DNA from: Cyanophyceae cyanobacterium
GTDB lineage: Bacteria; Cyanobacteriota; Cyanobacteriia; Cyanobacteriales; JBHJGN01
Direction: 5' to 3'
DNA length: 64,000 bases
Assembly (NCBI GenBank): GCA_050331735.1
Contig: JBHJGN010000051.1
Span: 1-64,000, forward strand
Shown: positions 48,327-58,510 of the stretch, in pieces
Layout: each line of letters opens with the position of its first letter
Position numbering within the stretch: the stretch's first letter is position 1
Program-made: the position numbers and the translations under genes
The notes under the pieces: generated by a model
Databases searched by the model: none
What the model was told of the DNA's origin: nothing
Seen by the model: the letters and a program-made list of their open reading frames with translations, nothing else

Positions 48327-49456
48327 TACTGTATTTCCTTGTTATTTAACGCTTTGGATTTGTCAATGAAATTTTTAAGTGCAGCCGAATTTTCGTCTAC
48401 AATACTCTGCACCTGTTGTTCAGTCGGAGTTTCTCCATTGGTGAAGATCTCAAACAAAAGTGTATGTCCGCCTGATAGGGAATCTAATACCCCGATGTAA
48501 GCCTGGGCTAGTTCCCGTCGTGATTGAATGAGTTCTTTCTTTTCATTCCAGGAGTTATCGAGGCTGATCAAATGATTGGTCACAGAAATGACGTCAGAGC
48601 CAGACCTAAATGTATCGCTGGTTTCTAGAGCCGTAATATATTCTTGATAAGTTTGGTCAAGTGCAGCTTCTTCGGCTCTCAGCAGGCTTTTAATGTAGAA
48701 GTTATCAACAATCAGTTCTAAACTGTCTAGAACCTCTTGAAAATCAGCATTTGAACCGACAATCATTGTTTCGAGAACTTCTCGGCGCTCCCCTTCCATA
48801 AAGAGTTCAGTCACAAATCCGAAGATGTTGACTACCGCATCGACTTTTCCGGTGAGCTGTTCTGGAGAAATAACGGCTGGAGGAGTATTAGGAACAGATG
48901 GCTGCTGAGTAGCCAGAAATAAACCGCGAGCACTGCTAGCAACGTTATTTGCACTGGCCCCAAGCGTATCGAATTCAGCGTCTAGATTAGTTAAATTAGG
49001 ATCGGCAACCAGGCCAAGTTTTTCGACGTAACTAACAACGACACCATTAATGCGCGTAAAGTGAGGACCAATTTCTTGTAAATCAGGAAGCTCTTGTTCT
49101 GGATGCTTACCGTCACAAAAGCGCTTTTTGAGTTCTATTCGTTGAGCCAGGGGCTCTTCTGAAATAACAGTACTACCTGGATTGTTGACTTCACCTAAAT
49201 CACTAGAAATAGCAATCGTTGGTTCTTCACTAGATGGAAGCGGACTAACAGGGACATATTGAACTCGGCGGAGGCAAGAGCGATAGAAATCTCCAGCAAT
49301 TGCCGGAAAGCGCTCTTTAGCCTGATTAGACAGCGTAGAAAATTCTCGGATTTTTGCCAAGTCTGCTGCGCTAGTACAGCTTGTGAGAGCTAGAACACCA
49401 GACAAAAGCAATAGTTTTTTGAAAAATGGTTTACAAGACTCAAAAACATTGTTCAT
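48326..49456 (-). CDS. Putative lipoprotein, long helical (376 aa)
   Basis: Signal peptide with lipobox LTSC; predominantly amphipathic helices. Confidence 0.7.
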   Translation of the reverse strand: MNNVFESCKPFFKKLLLLSGVLALTSCTSAADLAKIREFSTLSNQAKERFPAIAGDFYRSCLRRVQYVPVSPLPSSEEPTIAISSDLGEVNNPGSTVISEEPLAQRIELKKRFCDGKHPEQELPDLQEIGPHFTRINGVVVSYVEKLGLVADPNLTNLDAEFDTLGASANNVASSARGLFLATQQPSVPNTPPAVISPEQLTGKVDAVVNIFGFVTELFMEGERREVLETMIVGSNADFQEVLDSLELIVDNFYIKSLLRAEEAALDQTYQEYITALETSDTFRSGSDVISVTNHLISLDNSWNEKKELIQSRRELAQAYIGVLDSLSGGHTLLFEIFTNGETPTEQQVQSIVDENSAALKNFIDKSKALNNKEIQ

Positions 49457-50001
49457 GCGAATTTTGGAGCTTTTCCTCTTCTATGTAATTTTTGTTAGGA
49501 TTAGCAAAACATTTTTGTTTTTTACAGTCAACAAACATTAGTGCGCGGGTTTGTAAAGTTTCTGGCTATAGAAAGTATGGGAATGGCAAATTCAAAACCT
49601 GCAATAAATATGGTCGATTTAATGGTCTTCATGGTACTTAAATAACTTTGAGAAACGAAGCTTCAAGCTTCTAAATATCACTCGGATCCATGCTTTCTCT
49701 TTTATGCAAGGTGTTTGGTTTCTTAACAATCTTTGGTATTTTTGGGTTTGCAGAGATACCTTGCCTCCTCAGCATCCTCTTTGCCTTTCTGCATTCTTCA
49801 AACTCTCAACCAGTTATTTTTTGATGACTAGATGACTCTCCGATCAGCTCAAGAAAATTTTGCAACACTGGCGTAGTTTGTCAACTTTTGGACTGAGTAG
49901 TAGATGACCGACTCCAAGTTTTATCTTTTAAAGGAATTTGTTCACGAGAATCACTTTGTCAAGCACGAACGCATAGACACGACATTTCGAGCAATAACAT
50001 T

Positions 50002-50436
50002 ATGTTTAATGGTATTACTGTCGTCGTTCTAGTTTTTACCGCTGCGTCAGCCTTTGTAACCTCGATTTCCTCTGCTCCAGATTGGATTGCTGCCTTATTT
50101 GCTGGTTTATCAGGTGTCCTTGTGGCGACGGAACCTGCTCTCGGTTGTGGTGCTCGCTGGCGTTTCCACCGAGAAATGTACTTTGCTTACGTTGCCGTCA
50201 TCGATAGGCTTGAGTTTTATCAATTTATCCCTCAGACCGCACAATCTAAGTATTTGCGCGACATATTTACGGCCCTCTATGCTGTGCGCTCTCGTGAGTC
50301 AGCGATTTCCAATGCTGGGGAAAATCCGGCCTCCGTCACTCAAAAAACAAGAATTATGGGGCTTTCGCTTCAAGTGGGTATCTTCAAAAAGAAAACTAGC
50401 GTTTTTTTGCGTAATCGCCTTCTTGATTCTACTTGA
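50002..50436 (+). pseudogene. SLATT/DUF4231-like two-TM protein, probably 5'-damaged
   Basis: Two TM helices followed by ARWRFHR pattern. The ORF begins at the first TM, and an upstream ATG (49904) is out of frame. Confidence 0.4.
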
Positions 50437-50549
50437 TTACCTCTCAACCGAATTTTCGGCGGCTTTGATAGAGACAGGAATCAGTAATATTCTCCTTTAC
50501 CCTTTTCTCCACCTATGAACCTGTAGACTAGCTAAGAACGGTATCGTTT

Positions 50550-51092
50550 TCATTGTCGCCGACTCCGATAGGCAAAGCGTTGCGAACTGGCGTTAAACAA
50601 TAGTTCCAAGTCGAAATACTGCTCCCAGTTGTGCGGGGTCATAAAGGCACAATAACGAGCGCTCATCTCCGGTGTCATTAGCTCCAGCAGAAAGCGATTT
50701 TCTACCCACACTTCAATGACCTGATAGGCAGCAGCCTGCCGCTTTGGGAAAGCAAGTCCGCGCTGGCACACTAGCGATCGCCATCCTTCGCGTTGAGCAA
50801 TAGCTATGACCTGCTGCTGATTTAAAGGAACGGAGATCGCTGCATGGACTTCACTAAAATGCGTAGAAGCGCTGGACTTGACAACCTGAACAGGATGACT
50901 GGCAGTACCGGGAATCAATTCAGTTCCAAGGGGATACAGTTCTATACAGGTTCCTAGCTCGCTATCGCCTGGAAAAACGACGTAGCTATTTTGTGAGGAA
51001 GGAAACGGCAGCCAGCGTCCGCTCCACAGCTCGGAGAGCACTTCGGCGACGTGGCGAGGGTGACGAACAGGAATTGATAAATGGTGAATCAT
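50550..51092 (-). CDS. VOC/glyoxalase-like hypothetical protein
   Basis: MIHHLSI, IELYP, HAAISV and VIEVWVENRFLLE repeated beta-alpha-beta pattern. Confidence 0.65.
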   Translation of the reverse strand: MIHHLSIPVRHPRHVAEVLSELWSGRWLPFPSSQNSYVVFPGDSELGTCIELYPLGTELIPGTASHPVQVVKSSASTHFSEVHAAISVPLNQQQVIAIAQREGWRSLVCQRGLAFPKRQAAAYQVIEVWVENRFLLELMTPEMSARYCAFMTPHNWEQYFDLELLFNASSQRFAYRSRRQ

Positions 51093-51489
51093 TGAGAAGA
51101 TCTTAGATGAAAAAGCGTGTAGTTAATGTTCCCAGTTGCAAGAAAATTTCTTTCAACGGAGTTAGGGCTAGGACTTATCTAATTGATGCAAATGGAAAAT
51201 TCTGCTACGCCCTCAACTCAATAGCAAGTAGACATATCAAATCGGTTTATTAAATACAAGGTATCTCGATCGAGGCAGCACACAGAATTTTAAGCTCAAG
51301 AATGGCAGGAAGAACAGAAAAAACTGTTATGCTGGCTGTGACTATTTATAACAGAATTAACTGAGTTTGATATGAGAAGCATGCTCATAGAAGCGATCGC
51401 CTCTGATATCCGTTACTGTATAGACTAACCGCCCTTCCGCTTTTGCAGGAATAGCTATTTACTTTTAGTTAGTCACCGCTACAGATTCT

Positions 51490-52827
51490 ATGAGTGCAGC
51501 CGTAACCCCGTTTAGCCAGGACGAAGCTCTAGCTCTTATCGACACAGTCATTAAACAATCGGTAGCCGAGGGCGTATTCGTTAACCTCAGTCAGAGTGAG
51601 GAAGCCCTCAGTCGCTTCAGTGAGAACCAAATTAGTCAAAATATCAGCAAAACTCGCTTCAGCCTGACCGTTACTAGCTATTTTGGCAAGCAGAGCGCTT
51701 CTGCTTCGACCACCGAACTCAGCGATGAGGCCACTGCCCAAACGCTGCGTCGCTCTGAGGAACTGGCCCGCTATGCTCCTGAAGATCCCGAGTGGATGCC
51801 GCTGCTCGAACCGCAGCTTTACGAAGACCGTACCCCTGCTTTTGATGAAGCGACTGCTACGCTGGCTCCTTTGAGGCGAGGAGAACTAGTGCAGCGAGTG
51901 TGTTCCCTAGGTCGTCAGGCCCAAATTGAGGGTTCCGGTACGTTAAGCACCAGTGCGTCTGTGCGGGCTGTTGGTAATTCTGTCGGGCTAAGGGCGTATC
52001 ACCGGGGAACTGAAGCAGACTTTAGCTTCACTGCACGACAGGGAAACGGATCGAGCTGGAGCCAGCGCAGCGCCTGGGCGGTAGACCATTTGCCCTACGA
52101 GGAAATGGCGGCAGGGGTAATCTCCCAAGCTCTGGCCTCTCGTCACCCCCGCGAAATTCAACCCGGTATTTATCCAGTGGTCTTTGAGTCAGCAGCGTTT
52201 GCCAGTTTACTGCCCTGGGTGATCTGGAATCTCGATGCTAGGGCTGCTGATGAAGGTCGTTCTTTTATGTCTGTCATCGATCGAGGGACACCGGCAGGCA
52301 ATCGTTTAGGCGAGCCGCTGTTCAGTCCCCTGGTTCAGGTCCAGCGTCATCCCGGCCATCCGCTGCTGTGCTCGAGCCGATTCTTGAGGGACGGCATGAG
52401 CAATCACCCCTTAACTATTGTTCAAGATGGCATTCCCAAAACTCTCTCCTATAGCCGCTACTGGGCAGAAAAGCAGGGCCAACAACCAACAGGAGCGCTA
52501 TATCCCATCGTCATGACAGGCTCAGAGCAAAGCATCGCCGGCTTAATTGCTCAAACAGAAAGAGGCATCCTGGTTAGTCGCGCTTGGTATGTGCGCTATG
52601 TGAATCCTCGCACCCTAGAAGTCACGGGCATGACTCGCGACGGCACTTTTTGGATCGAGGATGGACAAGTCGCTTACCCCATTAAAAATCTGCGTTTCAA
52701 CCAAAGCTTACCGGAAATGCTCGGGAGTGTAGAAGCCGTCAGTACCGTTCAGCGTCACGGCAGCAGCATTGTGCCGGGAGCGAAGGTGGGAGCATTCCGG
52801 TTTAGCAGCATTACCGATAGCGTTTGA
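51490..52827 (+). CDS. TldD/PmbA family protein (TldE-like)
   Basis: SRFSENQISQN, PGIYPVVFE, EGRSF, TGMTRDGTFWIEDG and NLRFN. Confidence 0.9.
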   Translation: MSAAVTPFSQDEALALIDTVIKQSVAEGVFVNLSQSEEALSRFSENQISQNISKTRFSLTVTSYFGKQSASASTTELSDEATAQTLRRSEELARYAPEDPEWMPLLEPQLYEDRTPAFDEATATLAPLRRGELVQRVCSLGRQAQIEGSGTLSTSASVRAVGNSVGLRAYHRGTEADFSFTARQGNGSSWSQRSAWAVDHLPYEEMAAGVISQALASRHPREIQPGIYPVVFESAAFASLLPWVIWNLDARAADEGRSFMSVIDRGTPAGNRLGEPLFSPLVQVQRHPGHPLLCSSRFLRDGMSNHPLTIVQDGIPKTLSYSRYWAEKQGQQPTGALYPIVMTGSEQSIAGLIAQTERGILVSRAWYVRYVNPRTLEVTGMTRDGTFWIEDGQVAYPIKNLRFNQSLPEMLGSVEAVSTVQRHGSSIVPGAKVGAFRFSSITDSV

Positions 52828-52943
52828 TCCGTCTAAGGTTGTTTGCCCACAGGGAAGCGCTCTAGAGTGGGGAGGCAAAGGGTAGGGGAAAAAAGGGAGA
52901 AAGGCATTTAGGCTCTACTAACCCCTACACGATGGCACGACGA

Positions 52944-53084
52944 TTAGAGCAAATAGATTCCAGCTAGAATAGCAGCTAAAACGAGGACAGCCACTAGTAT
53001 TAGGACTTCGCCAGTTGCAAAAAGCTTGATGATTTCTCTTAGCTGACCAGAAAATTGCCTTTTGGGTTTTTGGGGATCTGTCAA
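52944..53084 (-). CDS. Small single-TM protein (46 aa), not in the ORF track
   Basis: TTG start after AAGGAAAAG: MTDPQKPKRQFSGQLREIIKLFATGEVLILVAVLVLAAILAGIYLL*. Confidence 0.5.
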   Translation of the reverse strand: MTDPQKPKRQFSGQLREIIKLFATGEVLILVAVLVLAAILAGIYLL

Positions 53085-53559
53085 GGTACTTTTCCTTTTC
53101 AACTCAGGGAATGATGAGGCAGCCAGAGAAAATTTAGAGTTAAATCATTCAATGATGCCTGATGTTGGCTTGCCGAAGAGACAATCATCAACATTATAGC
53201 TAAGGCGATCGCCTTAGAAAGAGAAACACGTTCCGTCAAGCTCCAGTGCGATTAATCATCGTCCAAATCATTCAGGAGATATCAATAGAAACAGTAACGC
53301 GCACCACTATTTCAAAGTGCATGACGGTTTCCTCCTTAAGACAACCTATCTAGAGTTACAGAGATAAACAAGCTGGCTTAATTTTCATAAACTATCTGTT
53401 CTCGTTTTTCCCTTCTCCTCAAGGAAGGAGCTTCGGAGTACACCGATTGAAATCTGCATAAAGTAGGAAGAGGTAACAGAAAGCGACTAGCTAACATAGT
53501 CCAGGAAAAGGAAATATTCGTTTCTCTTTTTTGCTGTACCGAAATCAAGAAAATTACCG

Positions 53560-54006
53560 ATGCCTGAGACAGGATTACTCGCATTTGACCATACCTTACA
53601 AAAAACCCACATTTATCTCAACGACCTTGCCGCTCAACTCGGCATTGAGGATAAAAAAACTGTTTTTCAAGGCTTACGCGCGACTCTTCAATGCTTGCGC
53701 GATCGCATTCCGCCAGAAGAAGCCGCTCAGTTAGGCGCACAGCTACCAGTTCTGCTCGCTGGTTTTTACTATCAGGGATGGAAACCCGGTGCGTCCCCGT
53801 CTAAGGAGCGTTCTTTAGAAGAGTTTTTGGATAAAGTCCGCTCCGCGTTGGCCAATGACGACAATTACCCCATTAGTATCGAAGAATTAGTCAAAGGAGT
53901 CTTCACGTTTCTCGCCAATAAAGTGACTCAAGGAGAAATTGAAGACATTGCTAATATGATGCCTGAAGATCTCAAACCCTTGTGGCCAGAAGCGGTCAGA
54001 TCTTAG
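53560..54006 (+). CDS. DUF2267 family protein
   Basis: FDHTLQKT, LRATLQCLRDRI, QLGAQLP and YYQGW. Confidence 0.85.
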   Translation: MPETGLLAFDHTLQKTHIYLNDLAAQLGIEDKKTVFQGLRATLQCLRDRIPPEEAAQLGAQLPVLLAGFYYQGWKPGASPSKERSLEEFLDKVRSALANDDNYPISIEELVKGVFTFLANKVTQGEIEDIANMMPEDLKPLWPEAVRS

Positions 54007-54148
54007 TTTGATCCCGGTGGCTAGTGCTGTGTAGCTTTAAAGATGGGGAAAAGGGTAAAGGGGAAGGGGGAAAGTAAATATTTCTCCTCGCTCATCAATG
54101 TGACCCGATTGAGTATTTTTAGCTTGCTTCAATCTCTGCGAGTAGCTT

Positions 54149-54181
54149 TTCCCTCCGAACTAATGCTTCGGAGGGAATTTT
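54149..54181. terminator. Hairpin terminator between convergent genes
   Basis: TTCCCTCCGAA-ctaatgc-TTCGGAGGGAA followed by TTTT. Confidence 0.6.
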
Positions 54182-54209
54182 GTTTTACAGACACACGGGC
54201 TGATTCGTT

Positions 54210-56465
54210 TTAGAGAGGATGCTTATTCTGGCTGTTGCTCCATTGAGAAAGCTGTTCGATCTGCCGTTTCAGGGGTACAATCTCAGGGATTTTATCGCTG
54301 TAGCGCCAACTCATGTAGGCCTGAGAAATATTGTCAATGATTTGAGCGATCGCATCTGGATAGTGCTGGCGGCAAGTTTGAGCGTATTCTAAAGGCGTTT
54401 GCGCCGGATGCTTAGGATAACCTGATCGCTGCATCTTTGTGAGCATTTGCCGATAGATTCTGGCGATCGGCGGGAGTTTAGCAAGTTGACGGCGCTCTTG
54501 CCAGTGATGGAGCCAGTTGCGTCCAAGCCAGCCGCATAAGCCGAGAACCACAAGAGCGATCGCCCCGGAGAAGAGTCCGGTAGCACTGCTGGAGAAGAAC
54601 CGCCACAGCCAGAGAGCAAAGCTTACTAACTCACCGAGTTGGCGTCCCAAAACGGTCAATAGACTCGTTACCGGAGACGGGAGCCATCCGGCTACCCAGT
54701 GCCAGATCCGGCGCAGCGTACTAAACGTTTGCGATTCTTCCCAAGATGGCGGAATCAGTTCGTGTCCTGGAATCGGGTCGAAGGCAAACCAGCCGTACTG
54801 GGGAAAGTAGACTTCCGTCAACGCATAGGCATCGGTGTTGCGGACGATATAGTATCCGGTGAATGGATTGAACTGTCCAGGCGCAAAGCCGACTGCCAGT
54901 CGTGCGGGAATCCCCAGCGATCGCAACATCACCGTTAACACCGTCGAGAAATGGTCGGGGTAGCCGCCTTCGTGGCGTAAAAAGGCCGTCGCTAAATCTT
55001 CTCCTGGCTCCAGCATCGGCAGGTCTGGCTGGAGCGTGTAGTTTTGCTTGAGCGCCTGGGCGAGAAAGAGCGCTTGTTCGTAAGGAGTGTTGAGGGGACT
55101 GGGAGATTGCTCCAGTAAAGCTTCTGCCTGTTGACGGAGCTGAGAAAAAAGAGCGGGAGGGACTTGTAGATAGAATTCGGCGATTCGATCTGAGTAGGTT
55201 TGGGAGGCTTGGTTGAGCAGAGCGCGATCGCGTTTTGGCACTTCAGAAATGACGGTGTAGGTTAATCCCTCTGGCAGGACCGCAGGCGCTCTCAAGCTTC
55301 CCTCCGGATCGAGAGCGACGGTGGGAGCCGGGAAAAACAGATGCCTTGGAGTTGCGAGAGCCGGAATCAGGTTGGGAAACTCGGAGACCGTTGTATAGGT
55401 TTGCACAATCTTGTTGGTTTTGCCGCTGGTCGGTGGTGGAGAGAGAGTGAAGCGGTACGTCCAGCTTGGACGATTAATATCAACAAGCTGGTCTTCACGG
55501 GAGATTTCCCACCCCTGTCCGGTGTAGCGGTCAAACGCGAGTACGCGCCAGAATCCTGGGGCTTGCGAGCGAACGCGCAGCATGGTTTTTGGCTCCATTT
55601 CCCCGCGCAGATTCTGATTGATTTGGCTGTTAAAGCCATAATAAAAAGTGGGGTCGATTTCTGCTTGAGCTTCTTGAGCGTCTCCTGCTCCCCCACCGGT
55701 TTCTGCTTCTGCCGGCCCGTAACCCGGGTTGACAATTCCCGGTTGCGGATCGATCTGGCTATCTAACTCGATGGGGCTACTGGCGGGGAAGGTCTGAATT
55801 TGATAACCCGGAAACCGGGGCATCAGCGCAAAGATCGCCAGTCCCAGCAGCACAATCATGATTAAATATCGCCCTAAACGCGGTAGTGAGCTTTGCCAGT
55901 GGATCTTCTCCCTCACCCCCAAGCGCGAGCGATAGTCAAACACCAGCGTGGGGAGAGCGATTCCTAAAAAGAGCAGGGGTAAAACGGCAAAGCTAGAAGT
56001 TTGAGAAACCGTTCCCGCAACTCCAAGCAGAATGAGCCCAATCACCATCGAATAGCCTAAATCTTTGCGCCTCGGCAGATCGAAGCTGTGGAGAACCTGG
56101 AGCTGAATCAAGAGCTGGGCGAGCACCATCCGGGAGTCATTAAGGTTACCCAGAAGATTATCAAAGAAAATCAGCAGCACGGCCAGCATGCCAATTGCTA
56201 GTAAGAATTTCACGGCGATATTTCTCTGCCGTCGCCGATACCAGCTCCAAACTCCGCCTATGGTGCTGATCGGAATGGCCCACCAGCTTGTGTGGGTTTG
56301 GGCTGCCCAGTCAATCGCGACAATTCCCACGACCGCTAATCCCTGCACCAGAATGCGCAGTCTGATTGAGTTCTCTACGGTAAACGGAGTCGCCTCCCGG
56401 CGCTGCCATAATTGGAAGGATTCACTGAGCATGAGTACAGAAATAAATAAGACTTTGGCAATCAA
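54210..56465 (-). CDS. Transglutaminase-like TgpA family membrane protein (DUF3488 + TGase + DUF4129)
   Basis: Multi-TM N-terminus, FWRVLAFDRYTG, LRSLGIPARLAVGF, EVYFPQYGWFAFDP and QTPLEYA. The usual catalytic Cys position reads GYPDHF. Confidence 0.85.
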   Translation of the reverse strand: MIAKVLFISVLMLSESFQLWQRREATPFTVENSIRLRILVQGLAVVGIVAIDWAAQTHTSWWAIPISTIGGVWSWYRRRQRNIAVKFLLAIGMLAVLLIFFDNLLGNLNDSRMVLAQLLIQLQVLHSFDLPRRKDLGYSMVIGLILLGVAGTVSQTSSFAVLPLLFLGIALPTLVFDYRSRLGVREKIHWQSSLPRLGRYLIMIVLLGLAIFALMPRFPGYQIQTFPASSPIELDSQIDPQPGIVNPGYGPAEAETGGGAGDAQEAQAEIDPTFYYGFNSQINQNLRGEMEPKTMLRVRSQAPGFWRVLAFDRYTGQGWEISREDQLVDINRPSWTYRFTLSPPPTSGKTNKIVQTYTTVSEFPNLIPALATPRHLFFPAPTVALDPEGSLRAPAVLPEGLTYTVISEVPKRDRALLNQASQTYSDRIAEFYLQVPPALFSQLRQQAEALLEQSPSPLNTPYEQALFLAQALKQNYTLQPDLPMLEPGEDLATAFLRHEGGYPDHFSTVLTVMLRSLGIPARLAVGFAPGQFNPFTGYYIVRNTDAYALTEVYFPQYGWFAFDPIPGHELIPPSWEESQTFSTLRRIWHWVAGWLPSPVTSLLTVLGRQLGELVSFALWLWRFFSSSATGLFSGAIALVVLGLCGWLGRNWLHHWQERRQLAKLPPIARIYRQMLTKMQRSGYPKHPAQTPLEYAQTCRQHYPDAIAQIIDNISQAYMSWRYSDKIPEIVPLKRQIEQLSQWSNSQNKHPL

Positions 56466-56669
56466 CTTTCACGGCGATTTTTGCAGCGGCCAAGTATATT
56501 CCGTGGTCAAGAACCATCAACAAAAATTTTAGGAGATGAACCTCAACCCCATTCAAGTAGAAACGACCAAAATCATTATTCCCCGCTCGCTACTAATTGT
56601 TTACTCCGCCACCAAAAAATAACTGTTAGAATTGAGAAAAATCAGATATCTCATCGCTTGACTTCGTTT

Positions 56670-57233
56670 ATGCCTTCTGTGATTGCTGTTGAAAAGAAAA
56701 AGTTAGCTAAGCCGCCTCTCACAATTCACACATTGGGCGATCGCGTTCTCCGTCAGCCAGCTAAGCGGATCGCCAAGGTAGACGAGGGTGTTCGCGCCTT
56801 CGTCCGCGAGATGCTACAAACGATGTATAGCTCCGACGGCATCGGCTTGGCGGCTCCTCAAGTTGCCGTCAATAAGCAGCTCATTGTGATCGATTGCGAA
56901 CCCGACAATGCAGCAAACCCGGCTTTGGTACTGATTAATCCGCAGATCAAACGCTACAGCAACGATTTGTGCAGCGCCGAAGAAGGCTGCCTGAGCATTC
57001 CTGGTGTGTACATGGACGTGATTCGTCCCCAGGCGATCGAAGTGGCCTACAAGGACGAAAACGGTAGACCGCAGAAGCTGAAAGCTACCGGGCTGCTGGC
57101 GCGAGCGATTCAACACGAAATGGATCACCTCAACGGCGTTTTGTTTGTTGATCGCGTCAACAATAGCCTCGCTCTCACAGAAGAGTTAAACAAAAAAGGA
57201 TTTGCTGTGTCGGCGGTGCAGCCGATTGCCTAA
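56670..57233 (+). CDS. def: Peptide deformylase
   Basis: GIGLAAPQV, EGCLS and QHEMDHLNG; start placed at ATG 56670 (MPSVIAVEKKK). Confidence 0.95.
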   Translation: MPSVIAVEKKKLAKPPLTIHTLGDRVLRQPAKRIAKVDEGVRAFVREMLQTMYSSDGIGLAAPQVAVNKQLIVIDCEPDNAANPALVLINPQIKRYSNDLCSAEEGCLSIPGVYMDVIRPQAIEVAYKDENGRPQKLKATGLLARAIQHEMDHLNGVLFVDRVNNSLALTEELNKKGFAVSAVQPIA

Positions 57234-57295
57234 CCGCTCTTCCTTCTTAACATAGAGGAAGAAGCTCGATCGTATTTCAAAAGGAGCGAGGAGTC

Positions 57296-57499
57296 ATGAT
57301 GACCCCAAAAAGTGGTGTGTTTTTACTGGGATCCTGCGTCACGGCAATCGCCGCTGTCGGATCAGTGTTTGAACTATCTTCAGGAACACCAGATTTGGGA
57401 GGGACAACCACAGGAATTATTCTGGTCGCGAGTATTCCTCTGACGGTGGTACTCTTTGTGGCAGCGGTTAAAGATACCAGAGCTAATCAAAATCGCTAG
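57296..57499 (+). CDS. Small two-TM conserved cyanobacterial protein
   Basis: SD AGGAG; two hydrophobic helices, AAVGSVFEL. Confidence 0.7.
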   Translation: MMTPKSGVFLLGSCVTAIAAVGSVFELSSGTPDLGGTTTGIILVASIPLTVVLFVAAVKDTRANQNR

Positions 57500-57612
57500 G
57501 CTATTCAAAATTCGGCAGGCGAAGTTAAAGGATACGCTACGGCTCGTGCTTCTTGCCAAACGAGTTGGTTGAGCTATCAATTTCCGCTGCAAATTCCGAA
57601 TTTTTGTTGTGG

Positions 57613-58245
57613 TTACCTGCCTTCCGTCTGAAGATAGGTAAGAGCATAGTGAGCGATCGCCATACTTAGACGAGCCTTATCGGCGGCAGAGAGCTCCTCC
57701 CAAGCCGTTTTTTTGAATTGGCTATCTCCTCGGATTGCCTGAGCGATTGGACGAGCTAGCAAGGTGAGGTCTTCCTCGGCCCAATCAGCGAACAGAGGCT
57801 TCACGCATTCAACTAGTTGCTGAACGCGAGAGAAGCTAGTGCCGATGAAATCTTTAGCCCGACGCGCAATAATTTCTAGCCAGGAGACGGGCGCGTTACT
57901 AAACCGTGCAGACAAAGAGACTTCGATTTCGGCATCTACGGCTTCCCAGCACTGCTGAAGCTGCCCAAAGAAAGCTTCCGCTTGCTGGTCAATTTCCTCT
58001 GGCTCAAAACAGTCAGTCAAAGAAAATGTTTGTTCAAGGCGGCTATAGTAAGCGTCTGCTTCTGGAGCAGCAGGATTCCACGGATAAGCGCTATCTTCGG
58101 TGGTAATCTCCGCTCTCGACTCATCGATGGTTTGACGAGCGGCCTCATCGGCAGACAAGTCTTTCCCAACGGTCTCGAACGACATCGACTGGAATAATTT
58201 TGCTTCTGATTCCTCACCCGGAGAACGATTTGGTTCAGCAGACAT
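57613..58245 (-). CDS. Conserved cyanobacterial hypothetical protein
   Basis: YPWNP, WAEEDL..LARP and ARLSMAIA.YAL motifs. Confidence 0.65.
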   Translation of the reverse strand: MSAEPNRSPGEESEAKLFQSMSFETVGKDLSADEAARQTIDESRAEITTEDSAYPWNPAAPEADAYYSRLEQTFSLTDCFEPEEIDQQAEAFFGQLQQCWEAVDAEIEVSLSARFSNAPVSWLEIIARRAKDFIGTSFSRVQQLVECVKPLFADWAEEDLTLLARPIAQAIRGDSQFKKTAWEELSAADKARLSMAIAHYALTYLQTEGR

Positions 58246-58510
58246 AGTAAAAGATGATTTCCGTTAACTTAGATACCAATAGCTACAGCATGCTCTTTCA
58301 CAATTCCGGAATCTGCATAATTTTTATTTGTTCCTTAATTTTAATCTTTTGTTAATCATTTTCGTCGGAGTCCGTTGACTTGTGACCAAAAGCGATGACA
58401 AACACTGCGCTCATTCTAACGATTTGTTTCGGAACTTCAGCATCTAATTTAGAATCTACATTAGATAGTATTGGCAGGGGGCAAACGCTGCCACTGATCC
58501 TCTGGCTTAC

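Noticed and set aside
51490..52827. Orphan TldE-like gene as a sign of a RiPP cluster
   Set aside because: No precursor peptide, YcaO or TldD partner nearby; unlinked tld genes are unremarkable.
56481..56669. N-terminal extension of peptide deformylase in the ORF track
   Set aside because: TTG-started, non-conserved-looking sequence across the divergent promoter region. ATG 56670 gives a typical cyanobacterial Def N-terminus.
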